Of a stretch of DNA of 64,000 nucleotides, positions 25,764-39,143 are shown piece after piece. A program made the position numbers and the translations under genes. Location of the stretch: contig NW_003526944.1 of NCBI RefSeq assembly GCF_000181795.1, positions 1,503,639-1,567,638 of the forward strand. The letters are read 5' to 3'. Source of the DNA: Trichinella spiralis. Its lineage: Eukaryota. The notes under the pieces are model-generated. The model saw nothing but the letters and a program-made list of their open reading frames with translations, did not search any database and was not told the origin of the DNA. Positions within the stretch are counted from its first letter, which is position 1. Every line of letters begins with the position of its first letter.

Positions 25764-27744
25764 GAGATTCGATGTCGATATGGAAACTTCAGACAATTTT
25801 GATGAAATCAATTGACTAAAGTCCCGCGTGTCACTTTCTCCTGCACTGCACTGATTTCTAGACGAAAATGTACTGTCGTCAAATTTTCCATCAGAGTCCG
25901 AGTCTGTCTGCACGGGATACTGATGCTGAAACGGTGCAGAACTGGTGCCGGACATACGCTCAATATCAGGGACAGAAGCGGCAGTGGTTGTTATCGTTGT
26001 GGTGGTAACATTAGTTGGGATAGCTTGAACAGAAGTGACAACAAAATAGGACGGATCCAGCATGTCCACTTCTGCTTGAAGTATCGCCCGTTCGTCCGCG
26101 GATGTTTCTGGCACGATAATGACATTCAAGTCCAGCAGATACTCGTCGCTTTCTTGTGTGACATTTCCTCGTCTCATGCGATCGCGTTCCATCATCTGCT
26201 TGGACGTGCATGGTTCTTTGTCAATTTCGCAGCTTCCCATGCTAGAGGTGGATTCGTTCGTTGGAAAACTGTCAAACTGAAGCCTCTTTCTGGCGGTCGA
26301 TTTGACCGGCACATGCTCGGCTGTGCTCGACTGAACACCGATCACGCCCAATTGATCAGTGGAAATTTCAACTGCTCTCTCAAGGAGGGATGTCGACTGC
26401 ATTTCACTGTGCAAAGATTCCGCCGACGATCCGTCGTCAGCGTCCGACGGCATTCCAACTGGTTGCCTGTGTCTCATCCAACGATCAACCACGCGCGCTT
26501 TCGATGTATAGACTTCAGTTGGAATTTGGCACGTTGTTCTGATCGGTGAACTTGTCGCCATCGGTGTCAAGCCTGTTGTCATGCGGATATCTTGCAAAAT
26601 TTCGCTTTCAGTCGGCGGAGTGCCAATCAACGGACCGAACAAATCCCTCGTAGAACCAATCTGCACCTCTCTCGGCTGGTCTTTTTTCATGCCTCTGCGT
26701 ATGCGTTCGTAATTTGTTACTTCTTCTTCAACTTGACGAAACGACGATGAAATAATCGGATCATCTTCATTACCGAATAGAAAAGATTCTATTCCTTTGG
26801 ATGATATTTGCTCTTCGTCGGATGCAGTCGTGTAACTTCCCTGCATTACCACGAGAGAGTAGGTTCTGAGAGCTTCCAATCGCGACCGTTCGTTTCGAAT
26901 GTGCATTTTGATAAAATGGAGAAACGGTGTAACGGTGAAGAAGTGTTTCGGCTGATAGCATGACCTGTAATCTTTCGAATGCTTGGGCAGAGCGTCGATC
27001 AGAAACCACTGCAAACGACCGATTTCATTTTTCGTCTGCGGTTGGAATGGAAAATCATGCTCCACGCCGGTGACCAAAAAAAGCCCGCACGTATAGCCGC
27101 CAAATTTGCGCTCCAAATACGGCGAATCAGTCATAAGCTTGCCAATATCGTAGCCGGTTTCTTCCAAAACTTCACGCACAGCACACTGCTGCACTGTTTC
27201 CCCTTCGTTGATCTGCAAAATGCAAAAACAATTGCAAATGGAAATAAAAAAGAAATGATAACAATAATAAAATTACCTTTCCCTTGGGAAAACCCCAACT
27301 TCGCCTGGCAAAGAAACCTTGAACAAGCAAAACTGAATCGAGCTGCGCATTGACCAATATTGCGCCGTATACGGGAACACCACTTTTGTACTGTCGCCAT
27401 TGGGCCAACACGTCGTCCAAATTTGAAGTATACTGCTGCAGATCAGCAGAATTACTGAAAACTGCCCTGAAAGGATAATGCAAAATATATTCATTGTCAA
27501 ACGTCAGGCGCTCAGTATCTTACCGAATAAATTCTTTCAAACTACAAGTTGGATAACCATTTCTGGCAGTGAAATGATCGCAGTAGAACCAGTGCGCGAG
27601 TTCAATGTGAAAACACGCACGAACGGGATCCGTTCGTTCCTCTTCTGGCATGTTGAACAAAAAACGGCAACACAGTTCGTTGATAATATTGGTTGGAATG
27701 GCTGAACGAGGAGGTGCATCGCAGTCGTCAGTGTCACACATCAT
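24600..27744 (-). CDS. DCP2: mRNA decapping enzyme DCP2 (Box A + Nudix) with very long low-complexity C-terminus; 3 coding exons
   Basis: [47 protein letters not shown]...[14 protein letters not shown] (Nudix box). Confidence 0.96.
24765..24824 (-). repeat. CAG/CAA tract encoding polyQ (~20 Q) in DCP2
   Basis: CTG/TTG run on the plus strand, in frame in the 872-aa ORF. Confidence 0.95.
25698..25763 (-). repeat. AGC tract encoding polyserine in DCP2
   Basis: (GCT)n on the plus strand, translated as a poly-S run interrupted by NN. Confidence 0.93.
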
Positions 27745-28013
27745 CTACATACAACGATAATATTCAAATTGGATAGTAATTTAAAAATTTATCAATAATT
27801 TTTTTTGAAGAGAAAAAGCAACAATAATAAAATACTGTTAAACGGTACTGAATCGACCGTATGAAAATGGGAACAAAATAATGCAATGACGAAGTAATTA
27901 ATTTTTTTAATGTTTTCGGAATAAAATCTACTGCAAAGCAGCTTTATTGCGATCACAACGAAATGTCGCTATGCATGGACTGTATATTATAGAACTGAAA
28001 GTGCAATTTAAAA

Positions 28014-31000
28014 TTAAAAGGTAAGTATTCGAAACAGCTGGTCAGAGAGTTGACTGCGCTTGCCAAACTGTGAACCGATGTCGGCAATTTTCAATTTACG
28101 CCTGTGCATTGGCAATAAATACCTGAAACCAAAGCAGCGGTATTTGTTACAATCACAGTTCAGTTTTGCAATTTAACCAATTTCTACGCAAAAAAAAATA
28201 TCACCCTTCCTGTTCGAGACGGCGCCGTTGGCTGATGCTGAGTACAGTTTGCCGAACCAACGGCCCAAGCATCGACTGGCCAACTACCAAACCATCGACA
28301 ACCGGCCCCGGATTACCTAATCTGAACATATAAGCTGAAACTGAGCTATCGTCGTTGTTTTGTTTTTCTTCAAATGCTTTTCATCATCAGAACTTTGATC
28401 TCGCTTGGTTTGCTTACTTAGAAAATGGAAATGATATCTTGAGTGAATAGAGTCGATTAGTCAGTTCGGTTATGTAAATTCTGTACACAGTGCTGTTGAA
28501 ACCCACTGCCGAAGAACCACTTTCACCGGTATCGGTATATTCGAGTAGATCGTCTGAATCATATCAGTCATAGCGCTAGTCGTGGGGCTGACCGACTGAC
28601 AACCGCGAATGCAATGAAAACAACTGAAAACTCACCAACAGGAATGCTGCCGACGTCTTCGATGCAAGAAAGCCAGAGAATGAGCACTTTGTGGTCTTGA
28701 AATGCCGCGCAACGACGCTGGCGCTGCGCGCCCTGAGAGCTTTCGGTTTTCAATGCAGCCCGCTTGATGTTTCTCAGATGCTGCTTGTGAGGCGGATGTG
28801 AATGACGCTGGTGAACAGAAAGATCAGTTACCTCTTCTACGTTGGATGAAAGTAAAGATTTGGACCTCGGCGGACGAACCGGCAAGCGCGACTGACCGTC
28901 AGCTGCGCAAGTGCTTGTTTCGAAGTTGGCTGCGTTATTTTTACTCTTGCGTAACAATAGAAACTGAAATCCTCGTCTGAACTCTTACCGGTTGCGATTT
29001 TGATTGGTCGAGACGATGGAACAATAAATGCAATTTCCACCAATGGCGACGACCAATAAATGACATGACTTAATCCATCAATCAAAATTCTCGACGGATT
29101 ATCAACCACTTCTGCGGGAGGTTCAGCTGAACAATAGCGCAACAATTAACTACTGATAACATCACATCAGATTACCCAATAATAAGTAAGATAAGCGATC
29201 GATAAATGTAATACAACAAGAAAAACAAAGATTTTTACCGGCTTTGTGCAAATAAGCGGATTCCCAATTGCCTGTCCATATGCAATGTTTACGTACTGGC
29301 ACAGCATTGCCGAGGTCAGACAAAAAGCTGAAAAATGGATTTGACCGACTTCCATCGATTGTTTCCTAAAAAACAAAGCCGCTTGTTTTATTGTGGAAAA
29401 GTCAAAGCTATTAGTATGCAGATAAAAAACATTACGGCATTTCTCAGAATTTCAGCAACTTTCGTTTGCCCTTGCTTAACGTAAAAAATGTGAGCCGTAG
29501 TTATGTACCGACTTGGTATCCGGTCGAGCGATTTCAACTCGCTGAAAAAGTTCTCTGATTCCGAGTCCAACACTTGAAATTCAGGCTAAAGGCAAATAAA
29601 TAAATAATAAAATAGCTGTTAAAATATCCAAAATTTCCAAATCACGCTCACTTGATCGTTGTCAAATTGAATCACTCCAAGATCGTAAAGTAATACACGA
29701 GCATGATGTTCTCCTTTTCCAGAACTAAGAACAAGAACAGTAATAAACCAAAAATTTATATGCAAAAAAAAAACAAAACAAACATGCGTGCATACTTCTG
29801 AAAATAATCATCTGTGCTTGCGTAGTTGGAATCATCAATTTTCTCAGAATGTTCATTTCGAAACTGATTTTCAAAATTCTTCACAGTCGAAAGAATACGA
29901 TTACGTGTTTCGTTCATGGTCAATTCAGGAATAGAAAAGTCCCTAAAAATTATTTTAATAATCTTTTTCTTTTCATTATTTCAAATTTTGCAACCAAATC
30001 ACATTTCATCCTCTGTATGAATTTTTCTACGTTGGAGACATTGTACATTCATTGCACAGCAACTGAATCAAAATTTGTTGATTTAAAAATTACATCATTT
30101 AAATTGAAAATGTTCACTTGAATAGCAAAATATCTCTCACATCGTAAATATTTTATAATTATGGAACACAAAATCATAATTTGAAACCAAATAAATTATC
30201 GGTTGAAAGGAAATTATTTATAAATATCTAATGGGGCTGTCAAAAGTTAGTGAGGTCGTAAAGCAACAACACAGGCGACAAGTTGACCTCACAGTGATCA
30301 TTTTTGTCTAGACGATTACACAGATAAGATAATTAAAATAATTAACGGATTAACCGAAATAGCTGGATTATCTCACAGCTGGATACGAACTGATTTCAAT
30401 CTGTTATTTTCCACTGTTTTCATGTTTTCTGTTTGATCAACATGATCATATATGGATATACATATATATTGTATAATACATTGTATAATGTAATACATAT
30501 ATATGTTTAAAATAATTTTCTTTGAATTCTCTTAAAAAAATATTAGCTTACACTTTGCAATTAGGAACATTTTCAGGCATTGAGGGGTTGAACACAGGCA
30601 CTGGACGACGTAGGGATTCAAGCTTTACACCCATGGGCCTTGGAACTGATTTTGCATTCTGGTTTCATCAAGACAAACAATTTTAAAAATTTCTGTTAAA
30701 ATAGAAAAAAAATCCATATAACAATAACTGATCATTACTCACATGGTCAGGCGACGTTTCGAGATGAAACCGATGACACGAAGCCATAACACTGGGCGTT
30801 CGTAATACTAAAGCAGTTTCGTTCGTATGATCATCTTGAAAAGAAAAAAATAATTTAATAAAAAGCATTTACTTATTACTTCAGTTAATACGTTTTATTA
30901 CTACTATAATAATAATAATTGTTATTGTTATTATTATGAGAATACTTGCCTGTTAAATAGTGAGGTTCGGTGACGCAAAAAATACAAGAATTATACAAAA

Positions 31001-34000
31001 CGTACAAAAATTTTTCATTTTTTATAATTAATTGATCAGCAATATTTTCGAGGAGAAAATCTTCATCCTCAAACCGTGACACTGTCTCAAATGATTCTCC
31101 CTGTAAAAGATATGAATAAAGTGAAAATTATAATAAAAGCAAATCAAAAAATTACCACTCTAGTAAACATGGAATGTAAAAGTTGGTCGGCAGCGTCGTG
31201 AACCCTTTGACTAGCTGGTCGCTTTTGAACATTGTCCAAGTTTTCCACCTGAAGTAAAAATGAGATTGCATTTCGCTTCTCTGATATCTGCATATTTATT
31301 TTCAATCTTCATACCTCAACCACACAGCCATACAAGCCGAGCTCAACCATATGGCAGACCGCTTGTAGGCAAGCTTCATTATTCAGCAATGTTGGAAAAC
31401 GAATCAACAAATTTTCCAAAAAGCTGAACGCCGCAACAATTGTCGAATGCAAATCTCGTGAATGCACACGCGACGGCAATGCAAGCTGGGATTCAATCAC
31501 TCTGCAAACCGTGAAAAGCACCTTCTCAAAGGGTTGCATATCTGCATGACAAAATTATTAAAAAAACAAACAAACTATTAATATTAATATTAATATTAAA
31601 ATAACAAAACAAAACATCTCGCAGCTTACCATTTGCAAAACAATCATCCGGCAAGTTGAGCAATGTAGACAACGAATCGAATATAGCCAAGCATGCGATG
31701 TAATCGGATGATTTTTTCGCCGTCAAAAGTTCGCTCAAGCTGATCAAAGCAGTTCGAAGTTGGCTTATCGATTTCGAATCGCCTTTGGACCACATCACTG
31801 TCGAAAAACAATGAACCGTCATCACGTAGATTGTCAACTGTAAATTCTTGGTATCCGTCTCTTTGTCCAACAAAGTCAGCATCACTTTCCACAATTTCGA
31901 TTCGTCGTCGTTCCATACTGCTTCAGGTTTCTCTTGAACTTTCACCTCTAATTAATTAATTAAAAATTCAAATCAAATATAAATTTCAACAATGAACATT
32001 CCACTGCATCACTGCTTGTTGTTGTTGTTGTTGTACTGGCGATGCTTGTGATGTGAAATGGAAACGTGACCACGCTAGACAGCAGACATAAGCAAGACAA
32101 CAACAAACAGTCTTGTGTTACTGGAAGTGACAATCCTCTAAAAATGCAAATTTTCAAAACATCAAAAAATTCATAATTTTCGTCAGATCATCATAATTTA
32201 TAATAACTGAGATTCTTCAGTGATCAGCCAATGTACAGCGGCAATTAGTTGTATACAAAGGCGTTCAAATCCTGGCAAATTTAATCGAAACACGTTAACC
32301 GAGTGCACAAGCAACGAAGAAACCAGCAACGGATCTTTCTAACAACAAAAACAAAAAAAAATCCCATTATTTTTCATCTCAACAATTGAAACTGGGCAAA
32401 GCGTATGTATGTTTTTACCGATATAGCACAGAGAAGGCATCAAAATAAACATACCTCTTCGAGTACTTTTCTAATAACGCTGTAAAAGCAGGCCAAATGA
32501 TCAGACGATATTTTCTCTAGACTACGCTTCAAGCAAATTATCCTACGGTTGCATAAAACAGAATAAGTATATTATTGAAAATGCAATTAAACATTCAAAT
32601 TTTACACAACAACTGAAAACACTGCTCACTTGCACAAAACAGACAATGCGACCGCTTTTCCTGCCCGAAAATCGTATTCCTCTGAAAAAGTATTTAATAT
32701 AAATTTTTACTTGTTCACTTTTTCATTTAACAGCATCTTTCAAAAATTCAAAGTATTGAATACATTCGATTCATCCATGCATCACAGTAAAATAGAATAC
32801 TTTGTCAAAGATCTTTGCTACTTGAATTCACATACAATCTTGCATTATTTCAAATTAAATATTAACTTTTTTACTTTATTTGATAATTCTCGGTTAATTT
32901 AAAACATGTTCACAAATCACCTCTTCAAAAAATTATTCATCACTTCAAAGAGTACAGTTCATTTCCTTTACAGTACTTGAAAATTGTTTTTGCAATAACT
33001 GTAAAGTTATAGTACAAGTAAAACAGATAAAATTCAATTCTTTCATCATTCGTACAATTATGATAAGCATTTACTCTTCTTGTTTTTCAACTCCCAATCT
33101 TGCTCTTTTGACAATCTGTTCAACTTTGACTTTTGACAATCAAGCTTCACTTTCCCACCAACCCGACTGATACCAAAACCTACAGCATGTTTCAAAGTCG
33201 TAAGGAAGATGAATATGTTTTTATCATGTTTTTTCTAAATACTGGTGAATATAAATCCAAATCTAGTCAGATGAATATGATGCAATATACAGTACCCCTC
33301 GAAAACATTACAGTAAGAAACAGTAAAATTTACCTTAAAAATAAATAATAACAAATAAAAGAATAACTAATTGAAAATTAACCACTGAAACTAACCACTG
33401 ATCGTCATTCCTTCTGTACGAAGTACAGCGGCTTCAAATAACCAGGCTCCAACTAAATCCAACAAACTGTCTACAGTAGGTCTGTTTGCCGGTACTTCAA
33501 TATTGAACAGCGGTTTCGTTTGAATTTCTGAAAAAAAAAGACATTTAAAAAGATAAATTTTTTGAAAAATAAAATTCATTTTTTTATTTTTAAAATTTAA
33601 TGTAACATGTAACGAAGTGAAATTCAAACCTTTCAAAAATTGATGAGAAACGTTGATCCCAGATGAAGGACGAGAATATTCGTTGCTTGTCGGCAATGGC
33701 AGTGATCTCGAAGCTTTCGCTTCTTTTCCTCGAGAAGCTGATCTGATGGCTGCTTTCAAAAATGACGATGACTGGCTAATTGTGGACTGTGTCTGCACAG
33801 TTGCCGTTGTTGTCGTTGTCGAGCTGTTTGAAAGTTGCTGAGTTGTGCTGTTTGAAAATTCTTTCGCCACAGAAAACTGCTGATTCAACAAGCAGCAGTT
33901 AATTTCAACACCTGAAAGCAGAAATACAAAAAGAGCAATTAATCTGACAATTATTACCCAAAAATCCAGATACAATAAATTCCATGGTGGCCATGACAAG

Positions 34001-35665
34001 AAAAAAGCAATATGCCGGTTGAGCTACGGCAAATGTACAAGTTTCACTGGAATCAGTGGACAAGCTGTCGGTAAGCGAAGCCTCGCTGTGACCACTGGTG
34101 AGTTGGGAATTTTCAGAAATTTGAGAAGAATCGAAGAAAAGTCCCAAATTGCCAAACAAAGTGAGCATGCGATACCAGGTTTGCGACAAAATGGACGGTG
34201 ATAATTCACACGAAGGCACCATGGCAATATCATTAGAATCTGATAAAAAAGTAGAAAAAATACAAAATTCATATGGAAGTAGAAGAAAGAAAACAATTCA
34301 CCAAAACGCATTTTGCAATAATCGGAGCCGTAGAGTTGATTAATAATTCGACTGCTTAAAACTGCACAAAATCTCGCCCACGTGTCGACTACAGGCACGC
34401 GAAAGCGATATCGAATGCACAAATTGCTGAAAGATTTCCAAAAGCAAGGCGATGGAAAGTTGTCTTTGCAGCAATAAATCCAGGCAAAAAATAGCACTTG
34501 CATGGCCAATGTGCACAGAGCACCAATTTCTTCGTCTAAAAATTTAAAAACTGTAAACCGTATTCAATTCAAAAAATTAACTAACAATAACATAAGAAAG
34601 AATATAACAAGTATGAAAGAATTTTAATTATTCTTTTACGATTGAATTATTTATTCAACTAAACTTGACATTAAAATGTACAAACAACAAAGACTGAACA
34701 GACTTTTAAAGAAAAGCAAGTATGTATAACTGAATTTTTCCTCAATTCACATCATTGTTAAAATATTATATAAATTATAGGTGATTTAATTTTAAATATA
34801 AAAACAAAATTTGTTCAAATTTTCAAAGAACAACTCAATTCAATCTATCAAGCTGCAACCAATTTCAAATAAAAATACAATAGCGTCAAAAATTAGCGCT
34901 GGGCATTTTACAAATACAGATTAATTTAATAAATACCTACCAATTTCGAATGGAAATGCCAACAACGACTGACAAACATTGAGGAGAAATTTCAAAATTT
35001 CCGGGAACATCTCCGCCTGTAGATCATCGCGAAGCAGCGGCACGATGTGCCTGATTTGTATCAATGTTCGCTCACATTCTCGTACTCTTCTTATTGCCGA
35101 TTCCGGCGAATCTGCATTGCAAAATCCATACCATCAATACAGAAACGATTTATTCAAAAAAAGAAATTTCAAGAAAGAAAACTTGCTCACTGCTGCCGTG
35201 AATCCACTGAAATGAAAAAAGTCTATGCAAATAGGTGAGAATTTCAGTTCCATAAAAAATTGGTCGATCTTTCAAAGGATTTGGCAGTCCGGGTTGGGGA
35301 GTTTTGGAAACACACGTTAGCCAGTCGCAACACAAATGCACACCTTTGCTAATAATTGCATAATTTGAATTCAACGAAAGCGACAACGCGTAGTTGATAA
35401 CCTGAAGTTCAAATTTGCATTTCAATTGTATCAGACCAAAACAATTCCAGTGGAATTAGTATAAAACAACGAAAAAATAACGACAAACCTCCAAGCACCA
35501 TTTCAATTCAGTGTCAGTTAAAATTGCAGCAGCATGGGTGACAGATTGATGCACCAACTCTTCAACGACGGCATTAGTCACCACCAATCCAGTGGCACTG
35601 CTGAATCGTTGAAGAACGCTTCGTGCAGTTAATTTTTGTTCCACTTCATTCCAATTTCGATACAT
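28014..35665 (-). CDS. RALGAPB: Ral GTPase-activating protein beta subunit, many exons
   Basis: MYRNW...SVLQRFS...VVTNAVV, LKWCLEVINYALSL, FPSPCFWKSF, RPTVDSLLDLVGAWLFEAA, PSRVHSRDLHSTIVAAF, LDRIPSRYITTAHIFYVKQGQ, IYWSSPLVEIAFIVP. Confidence 0.9.
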
Positions 35666-36880
35666 TTAATTTACTAAATTTCTTCTTCGATAAACCTTCA
35701 AAGTACAACAAATTCAATACATTTAACAATATGCAAAACGAGATCGCAAATGCAAAATGGCAAATTTTCACACAATATTTGAAACATATTTTGACTACTT
35801 TAACTTATTCAAAAACAAATGCTATGCAGACATTCGAACAGTAGCAGAGAGAGAGACAGTCATTCCAATTGAAAGACAAGCCTTACAAACTGGAATGGGA
35901 AAAGTTTGATTATGAACAAAAAGTTGAAAAAGAATGAACTGAAAAAAGAAAAAAAACACGAAATGAAATAAAATATCAAGCAATTTTCCACTGTTACGAT
36001 CGATACAAAAAATTGTTACAACGACAGAAACTTCTCGTTGATTTTTCAAATGATGTGTCAAGTTAAACAAATTCACTGAATCACCAGTCGCATTAAACAA
36101 ACACCTAGAGATATCGACGTTCTCACTGGGCAATGGGAAACTGAAAAATAATGCGTAATTTCAAAAGTATGAACGAAAATGCAAAACTAGTTTCACTTCA
36201 ACGACACCCACAACAGAACGTCAAACTTTGTTTAATAATTTTTTTAATAATTGCTTAAAATTTGAATTACACACAAATTCTTCACATACGTTGGCATCGG
36301 ACAGAGTTAAAAGCAGGACAAATTTCTCAACCAAATTACGAATAATAAAATTAATAATACCTTACTGTAAAAATCAGCGATTTTCAAGTAAATTAAACTT
36401 TGATCTTAAAAAATGACCAACACTCCACTGATTATTAAATATTATACGCTATAAAAGACTTTGAAAACCAAAAAAACAGTTAATAAAATTTACTTTCACT
36501 TTTTTTTGAAATACACTTCACACTATAATTTCTTGAAACATAATTTATTATCAAACGTGAGCACAATTTGATTGATAGAACAACACTTTCAGTCTAGCTT
36601 GCTGACGGCATAATTTCTATTGGATAAAAATAAATTCACTGAATAAGTATTTTAAATAAAAATTTAACGATCATTCATTCGTGCAAAATAGGTAAACAAT
36701 TCAAAATTCGAAAATGAATTTATAAATTTCATTAAACAAAACAATAATTTATAAAAACTAACCATTTTATATAACAAAATCAACAGATAATATTACAGTG
36801 AATTTAAATAATAACTAACTAAAATGAAATCAAAGCATAATTTTGCATAAAGTATTTACAGAAAGACAGCAGTGGAAATT

Positions 36881-38107
36881 TCAATTGGACTCTTTTGGAG
36901 TGTAAGTCCATTTTCGGTCAAAATTTTGCTTGAAACCGCATTTCAGCATGCAATAAGCAACAAGCTCGTCCTGCAAGTCGTAATTTACTACCGCGTCGCT
37001 GAGTCCTTTGACCTGCATGTCGGAAAAATAGCAGCCGGTGATACCTTCAATATCTGACGACAGCATGCAGTAGAGAGGTGTTTGAATTGCATCTTCCTCA
37101 GTTTTCGAGATGTACCAAAGCAAAGGATACAGAATATATTTCACTGGAAGTGCACTTATAAGCGGTAAATGGTGCAACATTTGGTCGAACGTCACCCCCG
37201 GATTGCAGACGTTCAACGTGACAGTATTTTCATTTCGCAAAGACCGTGCACGTCCAACTGCATACAAAACCTATCGATAATTTTTAACAATTACAACAAA
37301 ACAAAACAAAACAGTAAACACCAACTGAAACCCACTTGTGCAAATCTGCTTTCAGCATGAGTATTTAATGGTTGGTAATTTGCTTCACTATCAATGTTAA
37401 TTTTTTTCAAATTGAACCGTTTCACCAATCGATTCACTCTGGAACTGACCAAAAGCACCCTAGCAGATGTTGACTTTTCCAACAAAGGCATCAAACGTTC
37501 TGTCAACAACACTTGTACAAGAACGTTTGCCTGCCAAGTATATTCATTATTATCTTCTGTCAACAAAAACGTCGGCCAATTGACAACCGAATCGTTGTGC
37601 ACTATACCATCAATCACATTTTCATGTTGCATGATTTTGTCGATAAATTCGTTGCAAATTCTCATACTGCTTGCATCCCACTGCAAGGGAACCATCTTAT
37701 TCTTATGAAATCCTTCTTCGACAAAACTCTCGACGATCCATTTTCCATCTTCTATCGTCTTGCAGCCCATGTACACTTTTGCCCCTCAAATTTTTGAATA
37801 ATGAATGCAAAAAAAAATACCATGATAAATTCTAGCAATAACATACCACGTGAAAGTAGCGCTTTCACAAGGAGCCGACCGGTCGGTTCAGTAACGCCAG
37901 TGACAACGTATACTTTACCTGCGCAGCTTTTATCTTCTACAAAACGGGGGCCTCGGAAAAAATATCTTCTGAACAAAACATAATTATTAATGACAAAAAG
38001 AACAAAACATCATTATCATCTTACCGCACGCAGTAGAGGAGAATAACTAGGAACAGAAAAGCGAACAAAACTTCACGATTTGCCAACAAACGAAAAAGAA
38101 AGAACAT
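36881..38107 (-). CDS. RDH11-14-like short-chain dehydrogenase/reductase with degenerate cofactor and catalytic motifs; N-terminal hydrophobic anchor
   Basis: Four exons. GKVYVVTGVTEPTG, VPLQWDASS, IDGIVHNDS, LTEDNNEYTWQAN, LLEKSTSARVLLVSS, CNPG, KTEEDAIQTPLYC...GCYFSD follow the RDH-type SDR layout. Confidence 0.85.
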
Positions 38108-39143
38108 ATTTGAAAATCTCGAACTCGAATTTCACGAAAACAAATATTTCACAAAAGATTTAGAAACCTTCGAACAACCACAGCACTACTGATTCGTTGA
38201 ATGGGAAATGGAGTAAAATGCTTCGTCATTGTAAACCGCTCAACGGATTGTTTAAAATTTGCGAAGTATTACACTTCAAAATTTTCTCTTTAAACTTACC
38301 ACTTTAAACCGATCAATATTCTGCTTTGAAGACAATTTATTGCTAATTTCCATTACAATTATGATAAAACATTTCTTTACATTTCCATCATGCTTGCTTC
38401 TATGAAACAGTTGAAAAACAAAGTGTAAAACAAGGCGCAGTTGTATGCACAAAAAATTTAGATAACACTGTAAACGAGATACAAAAATTCGACATGTTGA
38501 TTGGAGCAATCAAAACAGAGAAAAAAAAGCAATAGGCGAGACAAAAAAATTAAATAATAGTCTCCCTGCCTTGACAATGAAGACACTGAAACTGTACATT
38601 CACTAATAACAGCTTTTCATGGAAACGTTTCGTCAATAGCAGAAATGAATAAAATTTTCACTAATCAGCATAAATAATCAAAAAATCAATTCTGCTGACT
38701 ACAAATAAAACAAAACGAGTAGCGACAGGAAAAGCCAGTACAGATGAATGAATGAAGGCAATGAACATTCCTTCAAAAGAGAAAGAATAAATCGTTCTCC
38801 ATGGATCGATTGAAAATATATAATAAACAAACAAGCAAGCTAACAACAAACAAACAAACAAAAGTAGCAGTGACAGTTTGTACTTAAAAAAGGCAAAAAT
38901 AAATACAGTTGGAAGTAAACTGTAAAAGAGGGAAGCTCTTCAAAGTGAACCAACAAACAGAAAAGATTTGTTTCCACTGCAACAAAATACCGGCAGTTGG
39001 AATTGGAGCAACCAAGGCATAGGAAGACGAAAAATTATTAAGAATAAATATTCCATCTAAAAAAGAAAGCACCCCTTCTTTGTAGAGCGTTTAAAAATGG
39101 AAAATGTCCTTTTTATTTTAGCTTTCTTCTGCTTTCCGTTTTC

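Noticed and set aside
24881..26549. Plus-strand ORFs up to 245 aa antisense to DCP2
   Set aside because: Shadow ORFs of a GC-richer low-complexity exon with no recognisable domain.
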